Assembly (NCBI RefSeq): GCF_037042905.1
Contig: NC_087252.1
Span: 7,628,001 to 7,692,000 of the forward strand
Source of the DNA: Lytechinus pictus
Taxonomy: Eukaryota
Direction of reading: 5' to 3'
Length of the DNA stretch: 64,000 nucleotides
Shown: positions 24,244 through 38,250 of the stretch, in pieces
How the letters are laid out: every line of letters begins with the position of its first letter
Position numbering within the stretch: position 1 is the first letter of the stretch
The notes under the pieces: model-generated
The model's database searches: none
Told to the model about the DNA's origin: nothing
The model's input: the letters and a program-made list of their open reading frames with translations, nothing else
Position numbers and translations under genes: made by a program

Positions 24244-24687
24244 TGAAAGAAAGCCAATTTCAGACTGGTTTGCAGTGGTAAAGGTATTTTAATCCATGAA
24301 AGACAGCCTCGCGCCCACACCTCTCAGTATCTCTGGTTTAATGCACTCTGGTAATTACAGTATTGTTATGTTGAGTTGTACTTTGACTGAAACTAACACG
24401 GGAAGACAACCTTCTTCTTCAAAAGCTCAATCTCTTCTGCCCTCTTCCCGCCAATTTGTGCTCTAGCTAGCTTCAAAAGAAAACCTCCTACAGCTATTGG
24501 GGGGTACATTATTGCTACCCCCAACTGACTCTTGATTGGTCAAGAGATCAACCCAGCCAAGTATATCCAGGGATGCTTAAATGCATACCTGAATACACTT
24601 TGAACAATAGCCATTGTTCACCAAACTACAGCAAATTTAAATAGCCTGATGCAACCCAATGGGGGTAGCCATTTTCACATTACAACA
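24244..24687 (-). repeat. 5' LTR
   Basis: Direct repeat of 18040-18483, adjacent to the PBS. Confidence 0.95.
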
Positions 24688-24903
24688 GGAATAATCTCTG
24701 ATCTCCCACATGTAAGATAGTCTCCGATTTATGTAACATAAATTGTTTACATCTTTAGACACCAAATCATACAATTTGACAAATTCTATGCATAAATAAG
24801 AGAGAATCTGAAAACAACGAATACGAGTCTAGTTATGGATGACCTGACGTGGCAGAATCTTTATCAATTCAATTATTTTTCTATTTCAAAATGAATGCCT
24901 TGA

Positions 24904-25624
24904 CCCTATCTAGGCCTGTGGGGCTTCAGAAGCCCCCCCCCCCCTAAACGATTTGCGCAATATTTTCGCCTCGAGAAATTTTTTAACCGCGCCGCTCGCT
25001 GACTTTTTACTTTCAAATTTCGCGCAACTTTTGAGACCAATTTTGCGACGCCCGGGTATAAAGTTCTGAACCTAGGCAACATTTTGTAAGTGCACGCTAG
25101 ACCAAAAATTGCTCAAAAATGTGATTTCGTGTACAAAGTCAATGCAAATTGTGTCTTCAGCCAAAATTCACAAATGTATTATTTTTAGTTTTGGTGGTCT
25201 AAATGCTGTTTATGATCTCAAGAGTCCCCAACAAAGTTCATAAAAAACAATGAAAACAAAAGGTAAAAAAAAAAAAAAGAAATAGAAATTGCAAAAAACA
25301 ATATAATACATAAGAAATTGATCCGATATTGCGATTTTTTTCACAGAAATTAGTCTACAACACCACAGAGTTTATATACCAAAAATTTGAACATTCGGAG
25401 CTTTATTTAGGTTAGGGAGTTAGAGGAAAAAGTATGATTTTGGATACTAATATGCATAAATTAGCATAATCACTTATTAGTGATTTGTATGAAATAAAGT
25501 ACAATACAATTTTGTAGATTATGTCCAAGACAACCTGCAGCTGAGTGCCAACTTTCGGCGTGATCAACGGCCGAGATATCAACCTGGCCATATGATCTCC
25601 CAAAATACACCGGTCTAGAAAGGG
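24904..25624. mobile_element. piggyBac-like non-autonomous element nested in a Harbinger-like remnant (24720-26045)
   Basis: TTGA|CCCTATCTAGGC...GTCTAGAAAGGG|TTAA; flanks match 47254-48253 in inverted orientation. Confidence 0.65.
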
Positions 25625-26563
25625 TTAAGCTTTGTGGCATTTTACCAAACAGGTTTTATAATTTCTGTCCATTACAATTAGTATTGAATGATCTATCCCA
25701 TTGTTTTGCAATGTAATTTCAACTTCAGTTCTATTGACTAATTACGTAAAATCATAATTTTCAAATTTCGAGGCACATTTGCATGTCATTAGACATTACT
25801 TCTTACCCCGTAATGCCACTACATGTACTATAGGCACTATGTATGTCATTAAGAAAGGATGTTATGACAGGTTTGGAGGTGTCATACACATAATATTTAG
25901 TCAGGTTGTTGTTAATCTAGGCAAAGGGCTTCGTGAAATGGTTAGCGGACAATTACAAGTAACTGTTATAACATGCAGGCTGTAGCTCACTATCTCCGAT
26001 TTAGTCAAGATTGACAGCGTTGTTTGGAAATGCAACGGGCCCCTGGCCTGGCCCGGCCGTGGTGTGGCTGGGGTATTAAAAAGAAACTTCCCCGAAATAG
26101 GTCGGCCGTCGGGTCCAAAATTAAATTGATGAATGATGAGCTCCGAACTCTGGCTCTGCCGCCAGATAGCGATGGAGCGGCGCGGTGGCACTACTTGACT
26201 GCTTTTAAGTTTTAGTTCCACTCCCAACTTGGTTCCACTTTATAGCCTGCGATTCGATTCGTTCGCGTTCCAGGCCACTTTCGAGCTTCACAGTGCAGTC
26301 ACACTCACTTAGCTCTGCTCAGCTCAGCCTTGACCTCAGGCGCGTCACACACACACTGACAATCGCAATCACAGTGCAGTCAGTCAGTCTCAGCCAGATA
26401 TGCCTCGCATGTTGTGCGAGTGGGTCCCGCAGGCCGCAGTCATTCAAGCACACGAACAAAATCAAAACGCACATCATAAAACCACAAAACAACATGAAAA
26501 GTACGCCCTAACTGTTTAAAAATACATGGCAATTAATAAAGCTAGATATTTAGTGTATCATAC

Positions 26564-26660
26564 CGATTAGAATGGTGTTCTTTCGACAGTAAACCCTGAA
26601 AAATTAACTTAAAGTTCAATCAAGGAGAGTTGGCTAGCCTAAGTCCGATCCCATTCATTA
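26564..26660 (-). promoter_or_regulatory. Putative non-coding first exon / promoter of paralog A
   Basis: G|GTATGA donor at 26564/26563, GC-rich neighbourhood, and conservation with positions 120-190 (GTTCTTTCGACAG...CCTGAAAAATTAACT). Confidence 0.4.
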
Positions 26661-28269
26661 TACTGTCATTGTGATAGTTCAAACAAAAAATGAAATAATC
26701 TAGACGGCCGGCACAAGGCCCAAACTAACGTTAGACCAAAAGCTTCGGACTCTTTTTTTTTTTTTGGGGGGGGGAGGGGGGGCTTGACAAAAATGTTAAC
26801 ATGCATCCACCCCTAGCTGGTAGGGGGCGGTTCCTCCCCCCATTTCTCGACCAAGAAAACCAAAAAGATGTAAAGAGAGAAGAGTAAACTATGATATTAT
26901 TTTCTGAAAATTAATCCAAAATCTATTACAAAATTTGATTTTTGTAATAAAAGATGTCACAATTTTTGCTCAATCACTTGCAACTTTTAAAAATGTTTGT
27001 CCAATGTGCCATATCTGCCCCCTCAAAACTTTTTGCTCGTTTCGCCACTGGGGAAAGGGTTAATCAAGATTATACACACACAGAAGGGTAATTTAACAAA
27101 CACTCCGGGCAAACACTCCTCTAATATGGTTTAATGAAAAAAGCTGATCGATGGAAAAGTGTAATTGTTATAATGCATGTCATATTCTTAATGATAAGGG
27201 TCCTGATCTCGAAAATCGAATAAATAGGTAGAAAGGTGCCATTTTTATTTCTTTTGATATATACAGTAAAAACACTTTTATTTTATTTTTTTTACATTGT
27301 TTACTATATGATTAATAGTTGGTTAAACAGTTGAATGTTTAAAATCTCAAACAACAAAGTTTAATTTTTAATATTTGATTCTCAATAAATCAAGCATACT
27401 TGTTTAAACTGTTAAACCCCTGAGGTTCATATAGTAAATAGCTTTGTATAAAATTTCAAACGTGCAGCACTTTTCCTGTGTATCACTGGTTAATGGTGAA
27501 ACTTTTGCCAGGGTCATGATCCATCAGAACTCATGTAGGCCCGAAAAAGGAGGAAGGTGTCCATATACGAGCTGTTCAATAAATATGTATATTTTTTTCT
27601 TCAAATTCTAATTATTCTAGTTATTTTCGTCACCACCACAACCATCATCATCATTACCATATCATTATTCTTACTGTTATCATCATCACCTACAACTCGT
27701 TCATGTGACCCTGCCCAAATCAAATATCTTTAGGCCACAGAAATCTGTCTTAGATACTCTGGTCTGAAATAATGATTAGATTTAGGCTATTATTCAAACA
27801 GAAGAGGCATTTCATAACTATTTCACTCCACGTAACTGTTATCAAATTCAAACCCTGAATACAATCATTAAGTTACAGGGTGAATCAAATCTATCATTCA
27901 CAAGCAATACATACAAGTAAATAAAAGCAATCTGAAAAGTGAAAATAACAAGAGAGGGATATCCTGTTTGTATTGGTTTATTATATAGTACACCGATCAA
28001 ATTTGTACGCTTTTATGATCATTCACAACAACAAGCCTGAAAGATCAAAGATGTCCATAGAAATGTTCTTCCCCTTCAAGTAATCAAATTTTGATGCTCT
28101 TGGGTGTTGACACAACAAATGACTTTTAATAAATAGTTTGCATTTGAGGCGTCTGTGGTAACTGACATTTCCAGTGAAAAATTAATTTACTTTGTCAGAA
28201 GTAGAAAATTATGCTTCTGATCAAAATGACTGATACACTGTAAAACCTTAGGTGTTAAACGCAACACCA

Positions 28270-28428
28270 GGGGAGCGTTTCATGAAAGGACATGTCAGAC
28301 GTTTTATCCGACAAGTCCTGTTTTATCCTACAGATACCATAGTAACAGTGCTTCTCAGCCAATCAAAATCAAAGAAAGATGTCAAATCTAACAACTTGTC
28401 CGACAATAATGTTGATGAAATGCTCCCC
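28270..28428. mobile_element. Small Harbinger-like MITE (inverted copy at ~61700-61856)
   Basis: GGGGAGCGTTTCATGAA / TTGATGAAATGCTCCCC. Confidence 0.65.
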
Positions 28429-29110
28429 AGGCAGTGCTCTGGCAGATAAGACCACACCATATATACCTTGTAGTGTAAACACAACACCAAATAAACCTGT
28501 AAATGTTGACATCACAAGAAGAATGTTTATGACACATCAAACATTCAATTGATACTGGTCCTGGTTGCAGAGGGGAGGGGCACAATCATAACATGTTACT
28601 TGTATACAAAAATCAGTCTGAACATGGCTTAAGTTTTACAAGCATGCCTTTGCAACAATTACTAGTAATACGCACATTTAGGCATAAGATTTTTTTTCTT
28701 GTCCTATACTATGAAACATGATTTTAAATAGATTATGTAGATTCCATGTAATTTGCTCCTGCGACAATTGCTCCTCTCTAAATTCCACGCACTAATATGG
28801 AATGGCCAACTTAAAACTTAAACCCTAGGTTTAACACTATACCCTACCATACCCTAAACCTAACATAAAACCCTAACCCTGCATCTCAGACAAAATTAAG
28901 CCTGGAGTAATTGTCGCAAGAGCAAATGTGCCACTGATATACATCACAGGATGATCACTGTACAATTCAATAGTGAATATAAAATAACATGGCATGAGAT
29001 GGCAATTCAAGATGCAGAAATGGATAATACAATGAAATGACATTTTAATCAAGGGATGAGCAGCTATCATAACCTTTGCACTCAAACTTTGGTTTATATG
29101 GGGAAGTAAT

Positions 29111-29250
29111 ACTTCGGTCACATTTGCTCTACGGCGGCCGCACGGCGAGTCGAAAACAGCCGTTTTAACATTTTTTGTACCAGCTACATATAGGTGCTTT
29201 GAATAAAACGGCTGTTTTCGACTCGCCGTAGAGCAAATGTGACCGAGGTA
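29111..29250. mobile_element. Palindromic MITE
   Basis: TCGGTCACATTTGCTCTACGGCG / CGCCGTAGAGCAAATGTGACCGA near-perfect inverted arms. Confidence 0.7.
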
Positions 29251-30981
29251 TAAGGCAAGAAGGCAGGTAAGGTACAAAACAGGAAAAGATCAACAAAAAT
29301 GTCAATTGTGGTACTTATCTGATAATGAGCTTGAACATCTAATGGGCTATACCACGGTTACCCACGTTACATTTGGAGACACCTTGACTCATACTTGGAG
29401 CTGTAACTCCATTATTATTGATAGGAACTAAACATCTCTTTATCACGACAAAGTATGCAGTCTGACTATCGTTTGTATAAAAACAAAACTTAAGCAATTT
29501 AATTATGCTCCTGGCAAATCTTTGAAATGTGTCGGTTGCTCATGTTACATGATTTGGACATGCATAAAATGAAAAGTCGACATAAGTGAAAAGGCTTTTA
29601 TGAAAGTTGATTATATCCATTTCAAAGAAGTATATTAGGGAGACAAACTTTGTATATAATAAAAAAAAAAAAACACATGGTTTTTACTAGGGGTGCAGAT
29701 AAAGTGGTTACTCACATTACGGTTACTCACGTTACAATTTGTCCATGTATGGTCAACAACATAAATGTCACTAAAAATTCAATGTGTGTAAGATTCATGT
29801 TTCTGTTTCTGTAATAATACGAGTAGGATTTCAGACACCAATTTATGTTTAAAGGTAACATTCTGAATAAGTTTCCTCCTCTCTTTTACTTATTGGTCAG
29901 TATATTGGTAATGTATTCACTAAACTGTACGAGATCTGGCTTGGGCTGTGTAAATCAAAAAATGTAAAACAAATGCATTCCATTTCTTGCCTCAAGCCCT
30001 CAACATCAATTAAAGAACCAGCAATAATTATAAGTAAGGCAAACACAATTAAAATGTACAGTTCAGATGGGCTATATATTGAATTTGAATTTTTAAGCTC
30101 ATGTCCATCAACCTATGGAATTGCCCCAATGAAATGACATCGAAAGTGTTTTTATGTATGAAAAAAAAAATAAGCCAAGTGATTCTGGTAGAAAAAAGTG
30201 TTATTTCTGAAAAATCAATTCCAGCCAGACGTCCGTTCTTTTTCCAAGCAATAATAATATAAAATGACCCTAAGCTTGCTTAACTCTGTGGTAAATTGCC
30301 AATTCGTCCACTCATCACATGGTCTACCTTCATTTGATCTAATGCCATTCCGTCCATCAACATTTTGTCTAACAACCATTTGGTCCAATCATCACTTTGT
30401 CTAATCACCAGTTCGTCTATTAACATTACGTCTAATAACCAGTTGGTCCAATACCCATTTTCTTTTCATTCATTTTGCACAATTAACACTTAAGTTTAAT
30501 TAGACGAAATGGTATATGGACTAAATGGCTATTGGACCAACTGGTTATTATACTTTGTGTAAATAAACCGAAACTTGATCTACCATAACATGGTAAAATT
30601 AATACCAATGCACATTATATACTAAGAAACGCTTACAAAATTCAGGTTTATTAAAGACGGTTCCACATTTGCTCTGGCGACAATTGCTCTAAATCCCACA
30701 AAATAATCGAATAACCAACTTTGGCTCTGGGTTTAACACTATACCCTACCCTACACCTAACATAAAACCTAGATGGTAACCCTATCCCTAATCTTAGACA
30801 AAATTATTCCCAGAGAAATTGACACAGGAGCAAATGTCGTGTCACCTTAAAGATCTTGAAAATTCTTACTTGAATTTATTGGCCCGTAACATTATTGATA
30901 TTGTACCATTAGGTATGGGTGCAGCCATGCTTGTTCTATTTGCAATTGATAATCATTCAGCTTTCTACTCTACTGCATCCT

Positions 30982-32272
30982 GGGCCCCCATCTTACAATG
31001 AGTTACGATTGATCCGATCAATTGTAACTCTATGGAAATCCATCAGTGTCATAATTTTTTCTACAGGAAATTTGCAAAATGTCCTATGTTTAACAAAGAA
31101 GAACACACCAAATTGTCAAGAAATCAATGAATTATGTATATACATTCATATCTAGATTTTTTGTTGAACAAACATACATTTTATATGTTGACTTTCCATA
31201 GTTGCGATTGATCAGATCAATCGCAACTCTTTGTAATACAGGCCCCAGGTGGGTGTTTCATAAAGCTGTTCGTAAGTTAAGAGCAATTTTAAGAACGACT
31301 GGTGATCCTTTCTAGTGGTAAATGGTATTATCATTGGCGATGGTTAAGCGCGTAAGAAAGGATCACCAGTTGTTCTTAAAGTCGCTCTTAACTTACGACC
31401 AGCTTTATGAAACACCCACCAGGCTGTGGAATAAGCTCCATCCTCTTCTTGAATCATCACCAATATTGGATTAATTCAAACAAATCTTTTAAAGACGTAC
31501 CTTTTCTAATATCCTATCACCCCATATCACCGCCTGGTAATTTGTATAGTCTATCTCCTATGCTGACCAGGGGGATGTTTCACAAAGATTTAAGTAATAG
31601 TCGCCCTTAAATGCCTAGTTGCGTGCATTATAAAAAGCATAACCGCATTGGTCAGTTCATGCAAAAGAGGATGCGCACTACTTCTTAATATTGATCAATA
31701 AACGTGTTGCCTTTCAGATATGTGTCGGCATTTAAGTGCGATTTAAGTCATACTTAAATCTTTGTGAAACACCCTCCTGGGATGCCATCTCAAATTACTT
31801 TGTATCTTGTGGAAAAGGTGCTCTAAAAATATGAACTATCCCATTCATTATTGATTATAATTTCACTTGACTTCATTTACAGATCTTCCACTGCACTGCT
31901 TTTCTTTACTCTAGATACAAATAACAGACATGGCCTTTATCATACTGTGCAATAAAATCTATTCAAGAGTTACGAAACAATTGCATTCCCAATCATTTGA
32001 AAATTTCAGAGTTAAAATATGCATGATACATTCAGATTTGGCAATGGTTGAGGCAAAGATTTCACTATACTGCTGCATATATACAAGTGATCAATACCAG
32101 GGGGGTGTTTCATAAAGCTGTTTGTAAAGTTACGCACAACTTTACGCACGACTGGAACATGTTATTGGGTCATATATCAATTATACAGGGATATCATTTA
32201 TCACAAGAAAGGATCACCAGTCGTGCGTAAAGTCATTCGTATCTTACGAACAGCTTTATGAAACACCCACCT
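30982..32272. mobile_element. Cluster of four small Harbinger-like MITEs downstream of paralog B (about 30982-31246, 31248-31420, 31570-31777, 32100-32271)
   Basis: TIR pairs such as GGTGGGTGTTTCATAAAGCTG / CAGCTTTATGAAACACCCACC and TGTTTCACAAAGATTTAAG / CTTAAATCTTTGTGAAACA; CAG/CTG-type flanks. Confidence 0.7.
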
Positions 32273-32416
32273 GATCTGCCTAACTTATTTGCTAGACTGA
32301 TATGAATGGTACAATGTTCAGTTGTCAAATTGTTTTTAAGAAAATTTAGCAAAATGCCCTAAAATCATAGCTGCTTTAATATATCTATTTCTTTAATATT
32401 TGATGCTTTTATGTAT

Positions 32417-33672
32417 CTATGTTTTCGTACTGCTTACATCTCCCTGTTCTTTATGTTTGAACATGTGATACGTATAGTTCTGATTTAACGAGAAAGTCTT
32501 TCCACAGATGTTACAAGAAAAGGCTTTCTCCTCTGTATGCATTGCCTTCATGTGAGTGTTCAGACAATGCTTTGCTGTGAAACTTTTCCCACATTCTAAG
32601 CAGACAAATGGTCGGATGCCTTTATGACGACGTTCATGTATCGTGAAATTCCCCTTGTTTGTAAATCCTTTGTTGCAGACAGAGCAGAAGAAACGCAGAG
32701 GGTTCTCCTGATGCATACGCCGCTTATGAGCATGATATACACTCTTCAGCCGGAATCCACGGCCACAGATTTCACATTTGAAAGGTTTCAATCCATTATG
32801 TTCACCTTGGTGGTTGTTGAGGGCGCTCTCCGATGCGAAGGTTCTAGGACAGAGAGTGCAGCGATACATACGATTCTCCTCATGGGTTCGCAGATGATCT
32901 ATAAGCCGGTACTCTCGACCAAAGACCTTTTCACAATGAGGGCACTTGAAGAAGAGATCGCCTGTGTGCTGCTCTCTCTCGTGCGCCTTCACACTATTAC
33001 GGGTACTGTACCGATTTGAACAATATCGACACTTAAAAGGACGTTCGTAGTAATTGGTGGTTTTGCCAAGCATATCCTTGGGTTCTTCAGGGGCTGAAGA
33101 CACCACCAATGTCTTTCCTGCATGTGGTCCATTCTTGGTTGAAGCTTGCTGTGTTTTCTTATGTTTCTCACAAGGCGTCAGCTTGGCCAAACAGATGCGA
33201 CACCGATGACCATGGAACTCACTCAGGTGCTGTCGCAGTGCAGACTTCCTGTTGTAGATTTGATTACATTCCTTGCACTTAAACTTCATCCCCTCTGGTT
33301 CGTGCGTCTTCATGTGTTTCGCAAGCGTCCAGAAATTGGTTTCCTTCTTGTCACAAATGGTACACACGTGACCCTCGTTGAATTTATGAAATGACTCGTG
33401 CTCCCTGAGCTTGCCAACATTTGAAAAATACTTCTCACACGTTCCACAACTGAATTCAGCATCTCCCGCTTTGCTAACATTATTTATCGTTGAATCTTTT
33501 TGAGATGTGCATGTCTGAGGTTCAGACCGTTTCTGCTTTCTCCTTTTCCAAATCACTATGGGAAACAGTTCTTCCCTTGGTACCCTGGAGTGTTCATATC
33601 GTGTGTGTCTAAGGACTAGTTTAGCAGATGTGAACAGATCTTTGCATAAGCTGCATTCAAATTTCTGTGCAT
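32417..33672 (-). CDS. PRDM-like PR/SET zinc-finger protein, paralog B, last coding exon (11 C2H2 fingers); full CDS join(38470..38251,37222..37064,35806..35553,34469..34229,33672..32417), ~709 aa
   Basis: C2H2 array colinear with paralog A; tttcag|AT acceptor; exon lengths sum to 2130 nt in frame. Confidence 0.92.
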
Positions 33673-34228
33673 CTGAAACAAGAATAAAAGGTATGAATTT
33701 TAAAGGAATCTTGACATATCTTAACAAACATGCTCCTATTTAATGCTTCCTATTCTTAATTGTTCTGAGGCCCATTAAACAAAGCTTAGCAATGATCTTA
33801 GAACATTTTTCTATGATTGATTGCATTGACTACAATGTACAATCAATAAAAAAAAGTTCCTCAAGGCTCAAAATTTGGTCCATTGTTATTTTTTTTTGTG
33901 ATGAGATCGCTCAATGGCTTCATCAACTTAGCTTGTTGGCATTACTCCTTTTGCACGAGCGCATTAATTGAACATAAAATTCATAGAAAATAAAAACAGA
34001 TTTGCGATTCACTGAGGAATCAAGGAAGTTATCTGGTGCCTGTTTCATAAAACCTGTTGTACCAACAAATCTGCAATAACTGTTTAAATCTACTGAAATC
34101 ATTCAGTTTGGCTGATAGTAATGTTGTTATAGAAATGGTGCATTTGTTATTAAAACATGAAACAGCGGCATACCCACATATATTTAAAGTCAGAACAGGT
34201 TTTAAAGAATTTATGTATTTCAACGTAC

Positions 34229-34469
34229 CCTTGTTGAACCGGAGTTCATTCAATTTAGTATGGATTCCAACACGCTTGGCGTATTCTGCGTTGTAGAAGA
34301 CCTTGAGTTCACTTCCTGGTTCAATGACCTTAGTGTTTCTAAAGTAGATTTCACCATAGAATTGATAGGCTTCCATGTTCTGTTCTTCTTCACTCTGTGC
34401 ACATCTTGCGTGAGACATCCATGTTTTGCGTCCATCGAGGTAGAAGAATACTTGACCAGAAACGCAAAC
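34229..34469 (-). CDS. Paralog B exon: C-terminal half of PR/SET domain
   Basis: TWMSHARCAQSEEEQNMEAYQFYGEIYFRNTKVIEPGSELKVFYNAEYAK; tag|GTT acceptor and G|gtacg donor; 241 nt as in A. Confidence 0.9.
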
Positions 34470-34904
34470 CTAGTAAATCAAAATGAAAGAAACAATAAAA
34501 AACATAACCTTTTATTGGTGGATTTCTTACTTTGTAGTTCATCTGGCTGCATGGCAATTCCAAATTGAGTGCGGGCTCAAACTGCTTCTAGTTGGTTTCG
34601 GGTAAATTTGCAACTTTTTACCCCAGTATAGTAAATGAGTACCGGTACTTGGCAAGACAAAACTCCTTAAACACTTGTGCTCCTTATCAGGACAGTCATG
34701 CTCAACCAGAAGATAAAGTTGGTAAGTGTTAATAAATATCATTTCAGGCCAGCCAGATATTAAAAGAGGCTTCAGGGTAAGACTGATGTCAGGTTTCTTG
34801 GGGAATATATGCCATACACTTTTGCAACCAATGGGTACTCATCCACCAAATGTTCTGAAAACCAAAATGTTACGTATAAATACACTATGTATTTGATATT
34901 TGTG

Positions 34905-35170
34905 ATCTAGAGGTTAAACTCTCATCTTTCAATCTGAGGGATGTGTGTTCGATTCCCAGCCATGGCGTTTTTTTCCTTCAGTAAGAAATTTACCCACATT
35001 GTGCTGCACTCAACCCAGGTGAGGTAAATTGGTACTGGCAGGAAGTAATTCCTAAAAAATGTGTGAAAAGCTACCCGAATTGGTAGACTAGCTTAGCCGG
35101 GATAATATGGGAGTGCCTTGAGCACCTAATAAGGTGGATACACATGTGTAATACAAAACCTATATTATTT
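34905..35170 (+). mobile_element. tRNA-derived SINE
   Basis: B-box-like GTTCGATTCC, core CCACATTGTGCTGCACTCAACCCAGGTGAGGT, AT-rich tail. Confidence 0.7.
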
Positions 35171-35552
35171 TTTTATCATCAAAGGGGCAGATCCAGGGGG
35201 AGGGGAAATGGGGACTTGCCTCCCCCCCCCCCCACTCCCTCTACTCAATTATTTTTGCTTGTTATTGTCTTTTTGGAAACTACTTTTGTGGTGAGGACTT
35301 TTGGCATCTGTTTTTGCTTGGAGGACCTGGGTAGTGAGTGGATTCATACCTTGCCAAAAGACACAATGCTCTGATATCATGTTAAATCCTGTAAAACGGC
35401 TGAGAAATGGTGCAAAGCTGGTTTAAACAAGTTCTAACAGGTTCAAAATGGTTTGTACCAGACAAGAGTCGGAAAAACTTTGCAAACACTCTTCTTCTCC
35501 ACGAAAGAGCACATTACATAGCTCTTCATGAACCAAAGCTCTTCTTACTCAC

Positions 35553-35806
35553 CTCCCATGTTGATTCCTTCATCAAACCTTGCTCCTCACTCATCAACGA
35601 TCCTGTGTACGGTCCAAACTCAGAACCCTTCTCTATCCTCCCCTTGGCAAGGACGCCCTCAACCACACCTTCAGGTGAACATTTAAAAGCAAGACTCTGC
35701 GGTAGTTCTGGGGTTGACAACGATACAATTCTTGGCCCATCTGCCTTTCTCTGCTTCTTTGACTGGACTTGTTTGGAAGCAGCAGTTGGTGGATTGGGTG
35801 TTTCAT
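35553..35806 (-). CDS. Paralog B exon: N-terminal half of PR/SET domain
   Basis: GVLAKGRIEKGSEFGPYTG; aacag|ATG acceptor and GAG|gtgagt donor. Confidence 0.88.
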
Positions 35807-36099
35807 CTGTTTAGAAAAGATATGAAAATTGAAGGCTTTCCAAAGCTTCTCAAATATGTCAGAAGTCAACATCCAATTGCCAACAAACTTATGTTATCTG
35901 ATGAAATATCTTGTCTCTGAAACATCGAGCAGTTTAACAGCTTTCTTTTGGTTTCCTGCGTATCCCGGTTCCTGATTGACAACTTAGACGTCAATTTGGT
36001 GCCATTACACACAATCACAAGCCTTAGAGATAGTGCTTGTGATGACAAAGACTGTGCCTGCCAATAAAATTCTTATCATGAGGTACATTCTAGAGACAT

Positions 36100-36884
36100 G
36101 GGGCCGTATTCTGAAAATTGTCTTAAGAGAAATATTCTTGTATCTTAAGAGTTACAATAAAATCCGTATTCCGAAAATTGTCTTAACTTTTCTTGTAACT
36201 TTCACTGAGCGCGTATGATGTCAGAGATATAATGATGCGTAAATATATAATCAGCGCACATTATGTCTGTGCGCAAGATAAAATCTCGAGTTACAAGGTA
36301 TTCTGAAAATTCTCTTATCTTTGCGTTCTCTTAACTTCCTTGGAAAATACAATGAAATTTACAAGAGGTGGGGGGCTATTGTAACTTATTGTTGCATGCG
36401 ATATTTGACCGTCCGCAAAAATTATTTCTTGCTGCATCCCGCAAGAACATCATATTTTACAAAAGGAGACATTCCAAAGAAATTATAACGACGGATTGGT
36501 AGACTTTTCAGAAATTAAAAATTGGTGTTCGAGACGATGAATCTTTCGAGAGAAAATAATCTTTGAAAAGAGCCACGTGTATTTTTAGCACAGAAGCGCA
36601 CAAGCATAAGCGTCGGAGGCGCAAGGAAATTACGCCTCATAACAACAATGCGCTTCATTATTTTTCAGAAGAGACGCTTCTATTGGTTGACCTAAGCATA
36701 TAACAAGCTTAATAATTGGTTGATGACAGAATATTGGGCGTGTCAGAGATAAAATAGGGGACGCCCTTACAGAGATAAGACAATTTTCAGAATACTAATT
36801 TAAGAGAATTTTAGCGCGCTGTTATCTTGCTGACTTACAAGAAAAGTTAAGAGAAAAGTTAAGACAATTTTCAGAATACCACCC
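36100..36884. mobile_element. MITE (ISL2EU/Harbinger-like)
   Basis: TIR GGGGCCGTATTCTGAAAATTGTCTTAA / TTAAGACAATTTTCAGAATACCACCC; AT flanks; internal repeats of the TIR motif. Confidence 0.7.
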
Positions 36885-37063
36885 ATGGATTTTTTAAAAT
36901 GTGGGTAGTCAAACATGAACAACCATTAATCTATAAAGCTCTGGTTATTTGCGTCTGACCTAAATGTTATGCCCATCTAACTATGATTGCAATGGTAGCT
37001 GGTACGTTTTTATTATTCCTTTATTTCTACTTCCTTGACAAAGTTACCCTTAAAAGTCTTTAC

Positions 37064-37222
37064 CTTGTGTTGTGTTTTCCACAAGAGATCTAGGAGATGT
37101 AAGAAGTGGGGCATAAGTTGCTGATTGAGTTGTTGATTTGACCTTTTGACCTCTGGGTGGCAGCTGATTATTAACTTCGTGAATAGCACCAGTACCTGCA
37201 TTTGGGGGCACTGCAGTTGAAT
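37064..37222 (-). CDS. Paralog B coding exon 2
   Basis: Homologous to 12253-12405 with an in-frame 6-nt indel; canonical splice sites. Confidence 0.8.
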
Positions 37223-37326
37223 CTGTTCAAAGAGAGAATTATCAAATATGCAAATACTAATAAAAAAAATATATTGTTTAGATTCATTTGATGAGATATC
37301 AGACACACTTTTCGTTTATAAGTTAA

Positions 37327-37913
37327 AGGTCAAGTCCACCCCAGTAAAATGTTGATTTGAATAAATAGAGAAAAATCAAATTAGCATAGTGCAGAAAAAT
37401 TCATCAAAATCGGATGTAAAATAAGAAAGTTATGACATTTAAAAGTTTCGCTTATTTTTCACAAAACAGTGATATGTACAACTAGGGAGTCAGTCGATGA
37501 TGTCCATCACTCACTATTTCTTTTGTATTTTATTGTTTGAATTATACAATATTTCATTTTTTATAGATTTGACAATAAGGATCAACTTAACTGAACTGTA
37601 TGGTATTAAACAATGCTAATTCCACGTGTTCAGGGAGGAATTAATCGTTGTATCACTTGACAATGAGGAGAAAATTAGAGTATTTTATATTTCATGTAAT
37701 AAAAAACAAAAGAAATAGTGAGTGGATGATGTCATAGTCTCCTCATTTGCATACCGACCAGGATGTGCATATAACTGTTTTGTGAAATTAAGCAAAACTT
37801 TAAAAGTCATAACTTTTTATTTTACATCGATTCTGATGAAATTTTCAGTGATGTGCTTGTTGGATTTTTCTCTTTTTATTCAAACAAACTTTTTGTTGGG
37901 GTGGACTTGTCCT
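37327..37913. mobile_element. Kolobok-like MITE, family 3
   Basis: TTAA|AGGTCAAGTCCACCCC...GGGGTGGACTTGTCCT|TTAA. Confidence 0.82.
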
Positions 37914-38250
37914 TTAAGTTAAGAATCATTAGAATCATTGTATGGCGCCAACCTCAAAATTGATAGCATTCTCTCTCTGATATTTTATAATTATGAAAAT
38001 CAATTTCCATGCAGAATGCACTTATAATGATGGGCAGAAGATAAATTTAGTAGTTTTCTTCATAAATTTACTTCATAAAAACAAGCAATTCAAAGAACCA
38101 CTATTTATTAGCAAAACACTATTTCTGCTATATGTGTGGAGAATAAATAAAAGTGTCATGAGGATTGCTTTTTAATAAGGGAGCAATTTCAGTATTAAAA
38201 AAAAAAAAGTCATAAAGTTACAAAGAAAAACTAAATGAAGTACTTGTTAC

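Larger units (their letters stand above)
18040..24687 (-). mobile_element. Full-length Gypsy/Ty3 LTR retrotransposon
   Basis: Two 444-bp LTRs (TG...CA on minus strand), 4-bp TSD GGAA (18036-18039, 24688-24691), gag-PR-RT-RH-INT order, PBS and PPT. Confidence 0.97.
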
